This document shows, piece after piece, positions 52,226 to 64,000 of a stretch of 64,000 nt of DNA (positions are counted from its first letter, which is position 1; every line of letters begins with the position of its first letter). This DNA comes from the human T2T-CHM13v2.0 reference genome, Homo sapiens, in NCBI RefSeq assembly GCF_009914755.1, contig NC_060939.1, one strand, 5' to 3'. Position numbers and translations under genes: made by a program. The notes under the pieces are model-generated. The model was not told the origin of the DNA, did no database searches, and worked only from the letters and a program-made list of their open reading frames with translations.

Positions 52226-55200
52226 TATGGTATTTATCTCTCTGTGCCTGGCCTCTCTCACTTAATGTAATGACCTCTGGATTTATCCATGTTATTGCAA
52301 ATGACAGAATTTCCTTTTTTTATTAAGGCTGAATAGTATTCCATTGTGTATATATACCACATTTAAAAAATCTATTTATCCATTGACAAACACTTAGGTT
52401 GTTTCCATATCTTAGCTGTGGTGAATAATGCTACAATACACATGGGAGTATAGATATGTCTTCAGCATATTGATTTCAATTTCTCTGGGCATATACCCAG
52501 TACTGGGATTGCTAGATCAAATGGCAATTCTATTTTTAGTTTTTTGTGGAATCTTCATACTGCTTTGCAAAATGACTGTAATAATTCACAATACCAACAA
52601 AAGCCTATGAGGGTTTCTTTTTTTTCACATCCTTGCCAACACTTATTTTTCATTTTTTGATAATAGCCAATATAACAGATATGAGGTGATATATCTCATT
52701 GTTGTTTTAATTTGCATTTATTTGATGATTTGAAATAATAAGGTTTTTTTCATATATCTGTTGGTCATTTGTGTGTCTTCTTTTAAGAAATCTCTATTCA
52801 AGTCTTTTGCCCATTATTTAATAGGGTTATTTGTTTTCTTGTTATTGAGAAGTTAGAGTCCCTTGAATATTTTGGATATTCACCCTTTATCTAATATAAC
52901 ATTTCCAAATATTTTTCTCTTCATTCTTAGATTGTCTCTTCATTCTACTAATTGTTCTCTTTGCTGTATAGAAGCTTTTTTTAGTTTGATGCAACCCTAT
53001 TTGTCTGTTTTTTCTTTCTTTGCCAATGCTTTTGAAAACATATTCACAAAATCCCTGACCAGACCAGTGTCATGGTGTTTTTCCCCTAGATTTTTCTTCT
53101 AGTAGTTTTATAGTTTCAAGTCTTAAATTTAGGTCTTTAATACATTGTGGGTTGATTCTTACATAAAAGGGGAGATTTTCATTCTTCTCTATGTGAATAT
53201 TTAGTTTTCCCAACATCATTTATTAAAAGTAATGTCCTTTTCCAACTGTGTGTTCTTGGCTCTTTTGTCAAAAACCAACTGATCATATATATGTGGACTT
53301 ATTTCTCGGCTCTTTGTCCCATTCCATAGGGCAATGTGTCTGTTTTTATTCCAATACCACGCTATTTGATTACTATAGCTTTGTAATGTACGTTGAAATC
53401 CAGTTGTGTGGTGCCTCTACCTTTGTTCTTTTTGGCCAAGATTGTTTTGGCTGTTAGAAGTGTTTTGTAGTTCCATAGGAATTTTATAATTACTTTTTTT
53501 TTTCTATTCTGCTAAGAACAACATTGGAATTTTGATAAGGATTGCATTGTAGAGCCCTTCAGGTATTATGGGCATTTAAACAATATTAATTATTCTAATT
53601 CATGAATGTGAGATATCTTTCCATTTACTTGTGTATTATTCAATTTCTTTCTTAAGTGTCTTATAGTTTTCAGCATACAGATATTTCATTTCCTTGGTTA
53701 AATTTATTTCTATGTATTTTATTATTGATGCTATTGTAAATGGGATTATTTTCTTAATTTGTTTTTCAGATAAGCTGTTGTTAATGTGTAGAAATTTTAT
53801 TGATTTTTTGTAGTTGATTTTGTATCTTGCAACTTTAAAATTGTTTGTCAGCTTTGATGGTATATATTTCTCTTCTCTAATTGTTCTGACTAGGACTTCC
53901 AGTACTATGTTGAACAGAAGTAGTGTAAGTGAGCATCCCTGTCTTCTTCCTGATCTTACAGGAAAAAGCCTTCAACTCTTCACTGTTGAGTATGATGTTA
54001 GCTATAGGCTTGTCATATATGGCTTTTATTCCATTGTGAAACATTATTTCTATACTGAATTTGTTGAATTTTTTCATGAAAGGATATTAATTTTATCAAA
54101 TAGTTCTGCATTTATTGAGATTATCATATGGTTTTTGACCTTCATTCTGTTAATATGGTGAATCACATATGATTTGTATATGTCGAACCAAACTTGCTTC
54201 CCAGGGTAAATTTCACATGATCGTCATGAATGATTCTTTTTAAAATTTCTTGCCTTTTAAAAAAATTATGACACATAATAATTTTGTGTATTTATGGGGT
54301 CATTTTAATGTACTTTTGAACAGGTTTGCTAGTATTTTGTTTAGAATTTTTGCATCTATTTTCATGAGAGATATTGGCCTATAGTTTTCTTTTCTTGTAA
54401 CGTCTTTGTATAGCTTTGGTAGCAGAGTGATACTGGCCTTGTAAAATGAGTTTGAAAGTATTCCCTCCTCTTTAATTTTTCTGAAGAGTTTGATAAGAAT
54501 TGGTACTAGTTTTTCTTTAAAAGTTTGATAGAATTCAGTCATGAAGCCACCTAGTCCTGGGCTTTTCTTTGACAGGAGACTTTTAATTACTGATTCAATT
54601 TCCTTATGTGTTATTGATCTGCTTAGATTTCCAATTTCTTCTTGGTGCAGGCTGGTAGCTTACATGTTTCTATGAATTTATTTTTTCTAGGCTGTCCAAT
54701 ATGTTGGTGTATAATGGTACATAGTTGTCTCTTATGATCCTTTGCATTTCTGTGTTATCATTTGTAATGTCTTCTGTTTCCTTTTTTATTTTATTTATTT
54801 GAGCCTGCTCTCTTTTTTTTCTTACTCTAACTAAAGGTTTGTCATTTTTTTTTTTTTAGCTTTACAAAAAACACTTGATCTTTTCTATTTTGTTTTAGGG
54901 GTCTATTTTTTTTTTCTGCTCAAATCCTTGCTTTTTCCTTCCTTATGTTAGCATTTGGCTCAGTTTGTTCTTCTTCTTCTAGTTCCTTGAGGTATAATAT
55001 GAGGTTATTAGAGATCCTATTTTTTATGTAAGTGTTTATTGCTATAACCTTCACTCTAGAACTGCTTTTGTTACATCCCATAAGTTTTGGTATGTTGTGT
55101 GTCATTTTCATTTGCCTCAAATTATTTTTTAAGTTTCCCTAATTTCTTCTTTGACCTAATCGTTGTTCAGGAGCATGCTGTTTAATTTCACATATTTGTT

Positions 55201-55357
55201 TTTTTTCCCCATGATTCCTTCTGTTATTGGTTTCTAGCTTGTATTAAGCGAAATAACTAGATAACTAAGAGAAACCAATAACATTGTTTTTGGAAAAGAT
55301 ATGTGATATGATTTCAATCTTCTTATAGTTGGACTTGTTTTGCGGCCTAACAAATGA

Positions 55358-55796
<439 letters not shown>

Positions 55797-55963
55797 TAGT
55801 GATTTTCTATCTGGATAATATGCCTAGTGTTGAAAGTGGGCATTGAAATCTCCTACTATTATTGTATTGCAGTCTGTGCCTCCCTTCAGATCTCTTAATT
55901 TTTAAAATATATTTAGGTTCTCACATTTTGGATGCACATATGTGTGTACAATTATTATGTCCT

Positions 55964-57400
55964 AAAGAGAAAATTTTAAACATAACCAGGGGAAAATACA
56001 AAAATATGTACATTATAATAAGAGGTCAGTGATCAAAATAGCAATCGCCTTATCCTCAGAAATAATGAGAAACAGAAAGCGAAAGAGTTATATATTTAAA
56101 ATACATAATTTAGAAAAAATATCTATCAACTTAGAATTTTATATCTAGAAATATATTTCAAAAGCTAAGGTGAAATAAGGATATTTTTAGATAAAAAAAG
56201 CCCAGAGAATTTGTTATTAGATCGATACAACAAGAATGTTAAAAGCATTTTTGGCAAAAGAAATTAAAAATTAATGAAATTAAGGGTCTATGGGTAGAAA
56301 TGTAGATTACTGGAAATGGTAATTGGTAATGGTTGAAGATAAGACATAATTTTTTGTTTTTAAATATTTTTAAATCTATTGACTATAGCTATATATATGT
56401 TTAACTATATAGTCAAATATTATTTATTTGTAAAATATATTTATTTATATCTCTATATCTAGGTATCTAGATATATAATATAGATATATAAATTTATATA
56501 TGTCTATATTTTAGATATAGATATATAGACTACACGTTCTATATATTGTAGAATTCAAAACATGTAGAATTATGACATAAACAAGAATATCACAAGGGAT
56601 GGGAGAGAAACTGAATTATAATATTACAAGGTTCTTACATTAAGTATAAATATTCTATAATAATTTAAAATAGAGATGGTAAATTAAAGAATAAAGCATT
56701 TTAACCATTATAGTTACCATATATTAAAAACAAAACATTAAATACCAAAGATTATCTAAAGAAAGCTAATAGTGGGAAGGAAACAGAATATCAAAAATTC
56801 TTCAAAAAAGATAGGAAATTAGACATAAAAGAAGAGAGAAACACTGAAAACAAATAAAAATAAATAGCCAGGGACAGACTTAAACTCAACCACATAAATC
56901 ATTACATTAAATGTAAGTATACCAAAAATTGTAATTAAAAGGCAGAGATTGCCATAAGGAATAAAATAGAAAAAGACAAGTATATGCTGTTTACAACATA
57001 CATTAATTGCAAAGACACACAAAATGCATTTTGCTTCAGGCCATTTAGAGTAACAGGGGTTGGATATACCCTATGACCTTAAAATAACTAGATAATTAAG
57101 AAAAATCTATAATACAATAGTTTTTAGACACCAGACAACAGGCAGAGCAGGACTGTGTCCAGAAATTTGAACTTTAAATGGAAAGCTACACAATATATTA
57201 GTGATCCTAATCAGTGTAATACAGTGAGAAAAAGAGGTAAAATTATTTAAGATTGCAATGGAAGAAGTAAAACTTTTTATTTGCCAATAGCATTACTGTT
57301 TATTTAGAAAATCCCAAGGAATCCACAAAGAAGATACTAAAATTAATAAGTGACATTAGTAGGATTTAAGGATATAAAATTAATACACATAAAAACTTGA
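55964..57400 (+). mobile_element. Old L1M(E) fragments (ORF1 3' part, ORF2 start, RT piece)
   Basis: tatcaacttagaattttatatctag..aggtgaaataag; aatcattacattaaatgtaa; tatttagaaaatcccaaggaatccacaa. Confidence 0.6.
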
Positions 57401-57409
57401 TTAGACAAA

Positions 57410-60400
57410 GAAGAGGAGCAAGATGGCCAAATTTAACCTTCCAGTGATTGTCCCTCCCACGCGAACAACTGAACAACTATCCACAGAGGAAAGCTCATTC
57501 CTATGAACCAAAAAATTAGGTGAGCAATCACAGCACCTGATTTTAATAAAACAACAACAAAAGAGGCATTGGAAAAGGTAGAAAGAAGAGCCTTGCATTG
57601 CCTACACCAACCTTCCTCCAACCCTAGGCAGTGAAGCATCTAGAGAGAATCTGTGTGATTTGGAGAGGGAGAGTGAAATGCAAACGTGGGACTTTGCGTT
57701 GTACTTCATTGGTTCCCTGTTACAGTGGAACACAACAGAGGGCAGAATTCTGCTGATGCCCACAGAAGGAGCATTTAAATCAACCCTGGACCAGAGAGGA
57801 ATCCTCTACCTCAGCAGGAGGAAACTGGGTCCTAGCCAGCATCATGACCAGTTGACTAAATTGGCCAAGGATCCTGAGTAAATTTGTGTGGCAGTCAGGG
57901 CCACAAGTACTGCAGTCTTTGAGGAAGCCCTGGTGCTGCACTGGTCTTAAAGGCAATCAACTTGGGGCACCACCCAGTGTGACACAATCTGTGGTTGCCA
58001 TGGGATTGCCTGTATCACCCCTCCCCAACTCCAGGAACTGCAGCTCTGGGATAGACTCCCTCTGCTTGGGGGAAGAAGAAGGAAGAGTATAGAGAACTTT
58101 GTCTTGCAACTTGGGTATCAGCTCAGCCACAGTAAAATAAAGCACCGGACAGATTCCTTAATCCCCTGATGCTAGGTCTTTGCTCCTGGATGGCCTTTCT
58201 AGACCCATCTTGGGCATGAAGGAAATCCACTGCTCTAGTGGCATGAGGCCAATCCTGGCAAGATTTGCCACCCACTACCTAAAGTGGCCTTGGGCCTTAA
58301 ATAAACAGCATTGGCAGCCAGGCAGTAGTGGTCCAAGGACTTGGTTAAGCCCCAGTACTGTGGTGGTCTGAAAAGTCATTTGCCTCAGTTATGACCCAGT
58401 GCAGTGCCAGCTGTGGTGACCACAGGAATGCTGACATCATCCCTCCCCCAACTCCAGGCAGCCCAATGGAGGCAGAGACTCCTGATTGCAGAAAAGAGAG
58501 GGAAGAGAGGAGGTAACCCAAGGAATCCTCTTGTTATCTGCTCCAAATCCACCAAGGCTGTGTATGTAGGACTCCATATATCAACAGTTGTAGTGTTCCT
58601 GGGTTTAGGTGCCCCTAGTGCTAAAACAGCTGCAGTAACCACAGCCTTAGGTCGCAACACTCAAACCTCTTTGAGTTCTTGGAAAGGCCTCTCAAAAATG
58701 ATGCGCACAAACAAACCCAGACAGCACAAATTGGAATAAATACACAAGTCTCTAATGCCCAGACATTGACAAATGTCCAAAAACATCAAGAAAATCTAGA
58801 GAAACGTGACCTTACCAAATGGACATCAGTGACCAGTCCTAGAGTAATGGATATATGTGAACTCTCTGACAGGGAATTCAAAAGAGCTGTCTGGAGGCAG
58901 CTCATCAAACTTCAAAATAACACAAAGAAGAAATTCAGAATATATCAGAGAAATTTAACAGAGATTGAAATAATAAAAAGAAAGCAAGCAGAAAATCTGC
59001 CCCTGAAAAAATTCAGTTGACAAATAAAAAATGCATCAGAGCCTCTTACCAGTGGACTTGATTAAGCAGAAGAATTAGTCAGCTCGAAGATAGGATTTAA
59101 GAAAATATATAGTTATAGGAGAAAAAAGAAAAGCCAATAAAAAAGAAGCATGCCTAGAAAATCCAGAAACTAACCTCAAAAGGACAAATCTAACAGTTAT
59201 TGGCCTTAAAGAGGATGTAGACAGAGATGGGGGTAGAAAGTTTACTCAAAGAAAATAACAGAAACTTTCCAAACCTAAAGAAAGATATGAATATCCAGGT
59301 ACAAGAAAGTCAAAGAGCAGTAAGAAGATTCAACCCAAATAATTACCTCAAAGTATATAATAATAAAACTCTCAAAGGTCGAATATGTTTTTAAAGAATG
59401 ATCTGAAAAGAAACAAGAGAAAAAGGGAAAATAGCATATAAAGGAGCTCCAATATTTCTGACAGCAGACTTCTCAACAAGAACCTTATGGGCCAGAAGGG
59501 GGTGGGATGACATATTCAAAGTGCTGAAGTAAAACAATTTTCAACTTAGAATATTACATTCAGCAAAATTATCTTTCAAATATGGAGGCTAAATAAAGAC
59601 TCTCCCAGACAAACAAAAGCTGAGGGATTTTGTTAACACCAGATCTGTCTCGCAATATATTTGAGAGAATTTGTCAATCTGAAAGAAAAGGATGTTAATG
59701 AGCAATAAGAAATCATCTGAAGATATAAAACTCACTGATAGCAGTAAGTACACAGATAAATATAGAATACTCTACCACTGTAATTGTGGTGTGTAAACCA
59801 CTCATATCTTGAGTAGGAAGACTAAAAGACAAACATATAAAAAATAATAACTCAAAAAAATTTAAAGTGATAGACAATATAAAAAGATAAATAGGGGCAA
59901 CAAGAAGTCAAAATATGGAGTGGATTAGAATGAAAGTGTAGTTTTTTATTTTTCTCTTTGCTTGTTTTTTTTCTTTGTAATAAGAATCAAGTTGTCACTA
60001 GCTTAAAATAACTGATTATAATAAGATGTCATTTGTAAAGCCATATGGTAACCACAAAAAAAACCTATTAACAGTTACACAAAAATTACAAAGCAACGAA
60101 TGAAAACATACTACCAGAGAAAACCAACTTTACACATAGAAAGGAAGAAGGAAATAGAGGACCAAAAACCAACCAGAAAACAAATAACAAAATGGCAATA
60201 GTAGGCCCTTATATCTCAATAATAACATTAAAAAGACCCAACTACAGGTAGCCTGCAAGAAACTTCCATCTATAAAGACAAACAGACTAAAACTGAAGGG
60301 ATGTAAAAATGTATTACACACAAATGGAAACCAAAAAAGAGGAGGACTAGCTATATTTACATCAGATAAAACACTTTTCAAGACAAATATGGTAAAAAGA

Positions 60401-61320
60401 GACAAAGTATATCATTATATAAAAATGAAGGGATCAATTCAGCAAGAGGATATTACAATTCTAAGTATATATGGACCCAATGCTGGAGCATTTAGAATAC
60501 TGAGTAACTATTATTAGAGCTAAAGAGAGAGATAGACCCCACTACTATAATAATTGAGTATCTCACCATCCAACTTTCAGCAATGCACAGATCATCTAGA
60601 CACAAAATCAGCAAACTCCTAACTGAACCTGCACTATAAGCCAAACATACCTAATAGACATTTATAGAACATTACATCCAGTGACTACAGAATACCTATT
60701 ATTCTTCTCAGCACATGGGACGTCCTCAAGGATAGACTGGAAGTTAGACCAGAAAATACATCTCAAAAAATTAAAAAAAAAAAAAGAAAAAATATCAAGT
60801 ACCTGTTCTGACCACAAACAAATAAAGCTATGAATCACTAACAAGAGGAACCTTGGAAACTGTTCACACACATAGAAATTAAGCAATATGCTCCTGAATA
60901 ACCATTGGGTTAAAGAAATAATGAAATTTAAAATTTTCTTGAAACAAATGAAAATGGAAATACAACATACCAAAAATCTATGCAATGCAGCAAAAGCAGT
61001 ACTGAGAAAGTAGTTTATAACAATAAACACTTACATCAAAAAGTAGAAAAACTTCAAATAAACCTAATGATGAATCTTAAAGAGCCAGCAAAACAAGAGC
61101 AAACCAAACTCAAAATTAATAGAAAAAGTAAAGATCAGAGCAGAAATAAATGACATTGAGAGTAAAAACTAAATATAAAAGGGTAATGAAAAAGAAAATT
61201 TGATTTTTTTGAAAAGAGTAACAAAATAGACAAACCTTTAGCCAGACTAAGAAAACGAGAGAAAACCAGATAAAATCAGAGAAAAAAAAATGGTATACAG
61301 CTGATACCACAGAAATAAAT
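57410..61320 (+). mobile_element. L1MA-type LINE-1 5' half (5' UTR, ORF1, ORF2 EN), 3' half missing
   Basis: 5' terminus gaggagcaagatggcc, GC-richer UTR, ORF1 (ICELSDREFK), EN-encoding region, abrupt end at gataccacagaaata with no poly(A). Confidence 0.85.
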
Positions 61321-61760
61321 GAACCTTTATCCTTCTACCCTTTACATGTACTGAAGTTGAGTTGAAATGTATTATAAACACACGTCTAGAAACTATGAAA
61401 TAAAACATTTAGAAGAAAATGTTGGAGAAAGAATAACATTTGTTAGATAAGACAGCAAAAGCTTAAAGCATAAAATTAAAGAATTAGACTTCAAAACTAA
61501 AAAAAAAGTGATCTTCAAAAAACATCATTTGGAAAATAAAATAATAATATACAGCCTTGGCAGATATATTTTCAAAACACATGTCTAATAAGCTTCCATA
61601 TCTCAAAAATTTTGGCCCCTCAAAATTGGGAAAACTTTGGAACAGAAATATCACAGTTACACAAATGTCTAATAATCACATTAGTAGGTGCTCAACCTCA
61701 TTAGTTATCAGAAAAATGTAAATCACAAGCACAATGAGCTATAGCTAACAATTAGAATAG

Positions 61761-61792
<32 letters not shown>

Positions 61793-63500
61793 CTATATAT
61801 ATATATACATATATATATAGTATCTCACTAAATGTCCTCATCACAATGTGTTTATCCATTCACCTGTTGACTGACTTTGTCTTTTGCTAAACAAAAGAAG
61901 CCAGACACAACTAAATGATTACTAATTACATTTACATAAAACTCTTAAGAAGGCAAATCTAACCAATGGTGACAAAAAGCAAATCGGTCCTTACCCTGAA
62001 TGTAGGATTAGGGTTGAGGATTGACTGGGAAAGGGAACAAGATAACTGCTGCCTTAGTGGTTATATGAGTGTATATTTTTGTCAAAACACATCAAACTAC
62101 GTCCTTAGAATTGGTGCATTTTTTTCTATGCAAATCATAGTTCAATTGCATTATGGATTTTTTAATTATAAAAGAAAACTAAATAGCTAGAATTAAATTT
62201 AAAACATTCACAAAACCATACAAAAAAGCTGTGCATTCATTGCAGCGAATTAAGAAAAATAAATAAATATAGCAAACTCATATTGTGTAAATCTGTGACA
62301 CAAAAACAAACAATTCTCTACAAACTAAAGAATAGATTTAATTCATTCACAATGAAAATCCTAAGAGAGATTTGTTTATTATGTTTACAGATTCATCCTA
62401 AAATTTACGTAGAAATTTAAACAACCAAGAATAAGGCAAATCTTAAAGAAAGAAAAAAGCTAGAATACCAGCAATTCAGGCTTATTATGCAGCTATTCCA
62501 ATTAAAACAGTGTATTCTAACTTAAAAGCAGACTGATAGGCCAATGTAACAGAACAAAGAGTCCTGATCCACAAGTACTGTAGTCTGATTCATGTCAAGA
62601 CTAACATTACTGAGTACAGAATTTTTTGATTAATAAATGGCTTTGGGATTATTGTATACTCATATATAAACAAAGTAAATCTTGATCTCTTTTCACTGTA
62701 AACACAAATTTAGTTGCAGAGGGATCGCAGATGTAAACATAAAAGATAAAACAACTAAAGGAAAAATTAGAACATCTTTATGATCTTTAAGTAGGTAAAA
62801 ATAAAATCTAGTCTAATCTAAAAGAAAAAAAAGGACAAATTGGACCATATTAAAATTAAGAACTTTTCTTCTTCAAAACACAACCCTAAAAGAGTAAAAA
62901 TATAAAATACAGAATGTTAGAGGATATTTATAATACACCCAATGAAAAATTCATACCTAGAATGTGCAAAAAAAATCCTTTAAAAATAAGGGCAATATGA
63001 ACAATTCATTTAAAAATTGTTAAGAAATTTTAAGATGTACTTGTTATAAAAGTATATTCCAACTGACAATGAACATATGAAACAATGTTAATGCTTACCA
63101 TTATGTGCCACCAGAATGCCTAAGGATAAAAAGTCAGAAATATCAAAACTTGGTACAGAGGTGGAGTTAACTAGAACTCCTATAACACTGATGGTGGGAG
63201 TGTAAGTGGGTACAAACAACTTATTTGGAAACTGCTCGGCAGTGTCTACTAAAGCTGAAAGAATAAATCACGTGGCCCAGCATTTTACTTTTAGGCATAT
63301 ATATCCAACAAAAATGTCTTCATATTTCACCAATATATTTGTATCAAAATTGTCATACTGTCACAATAATCTTCTTAAACGAGCTAGCAATAATCTTCTT
63401 AAACTGGATGGTGTATATGGGCATGCCTATTCAGGTATGTTCAGTTGGAAAAATTCATCAATATGTAAAAGTATGATTTGTATACTTTCCTTTATATATG
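61321..63500 (+). mobile_element. Old L1M(E) ORF2 3' and 3' UTR fragments (at least two pieces)
   Basis: ttagaagaaaatgttggagaa, cattagttatcagaaaaatgtaaatca, ctgatggtgggagtgtaagtgg; (TA)n at ~61766-61820. Confidence 0.65.
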
Positions 63501-64000
63501 AGGTACTTTGATTACAAGTTTATAAAAATAAAAATTTAGGGAAAACTGCATTTCTAACAAAATCAAAATTCATTGTTCTCAGCTTTGGCAACGCAGCTCA
63601 AATTCTGAAATAATAGAAAATGTTCTTGCTATACAAGCTATAAATACACTTAGAATTCCTAATCCTGTATTCTTGTATGCATAAAGGCAACAGATTCTGG
63701 CATAGCACCATATTAGAATTTATGCTATTTAAAGTTAGAACAAATCATTGCAATATTTTCCATAAAACTACTTTGAATGTTCTGGCTCTGAGAATAATTG
63801 GAAAAGCATGTTATTTACCAACTCATGTGAGGAAATGAGGAAGCTAAGTAAAATGAAGTGTTCTGTAACCAATACTTCAGTTCCATTAAGATTTCATAGG
63901 GTCTGGGCAAGAAAAAGGATACTAGGACTTTGAGCAAGATACTAACCATGTTGGAAGAGTTTATTTCTTTTGAGGCTTCTCTCCTTGGCTTGTAGATGAC

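Overview
AT-rich, repeat-dense primate (very probably human) intergenic or deep-intronic DNA. I recognise no protein-coding gene, RNA gene or CRISPR array. The long ORFs in the track are decayed LINE-1 ORF1/ORF2 pieces, Alu or LTR read-throughs, or chance ORFs. Well over half the window is transposable elements: several L1 generations (L1PA7-like, L1PA13-15-like, L1PB1-like, L1MA/MB/MC/ME), about ten Alus, solo LTRs (MER51, LTR33, MER34, MER31, MST, THE1, MLT1), DNA transposons (MER44, MER63, MER82, MER6, MER75, MER91, MADE1, a Tigger1 end), MIR and L2. Family names come from my recall of consensus sequences and need RepeatMasker/Dfam confirmation. I do not see a new biological system. The best structural observations are: (1) a ~6 kb L1PB with a twin-priming-type 5' inversion breaking at the start of ORF1, bounded by an 11-bp TSD; (2) a very young AluYg6-like insertion; (3) an L1PA insertion with no TSD that truncates a MER82; (4) a perfect 34-bp palindrome plus two shorter ones; (5) a candidate 27-nt frame-preserving microexon; (6) several templated-insertion scars.
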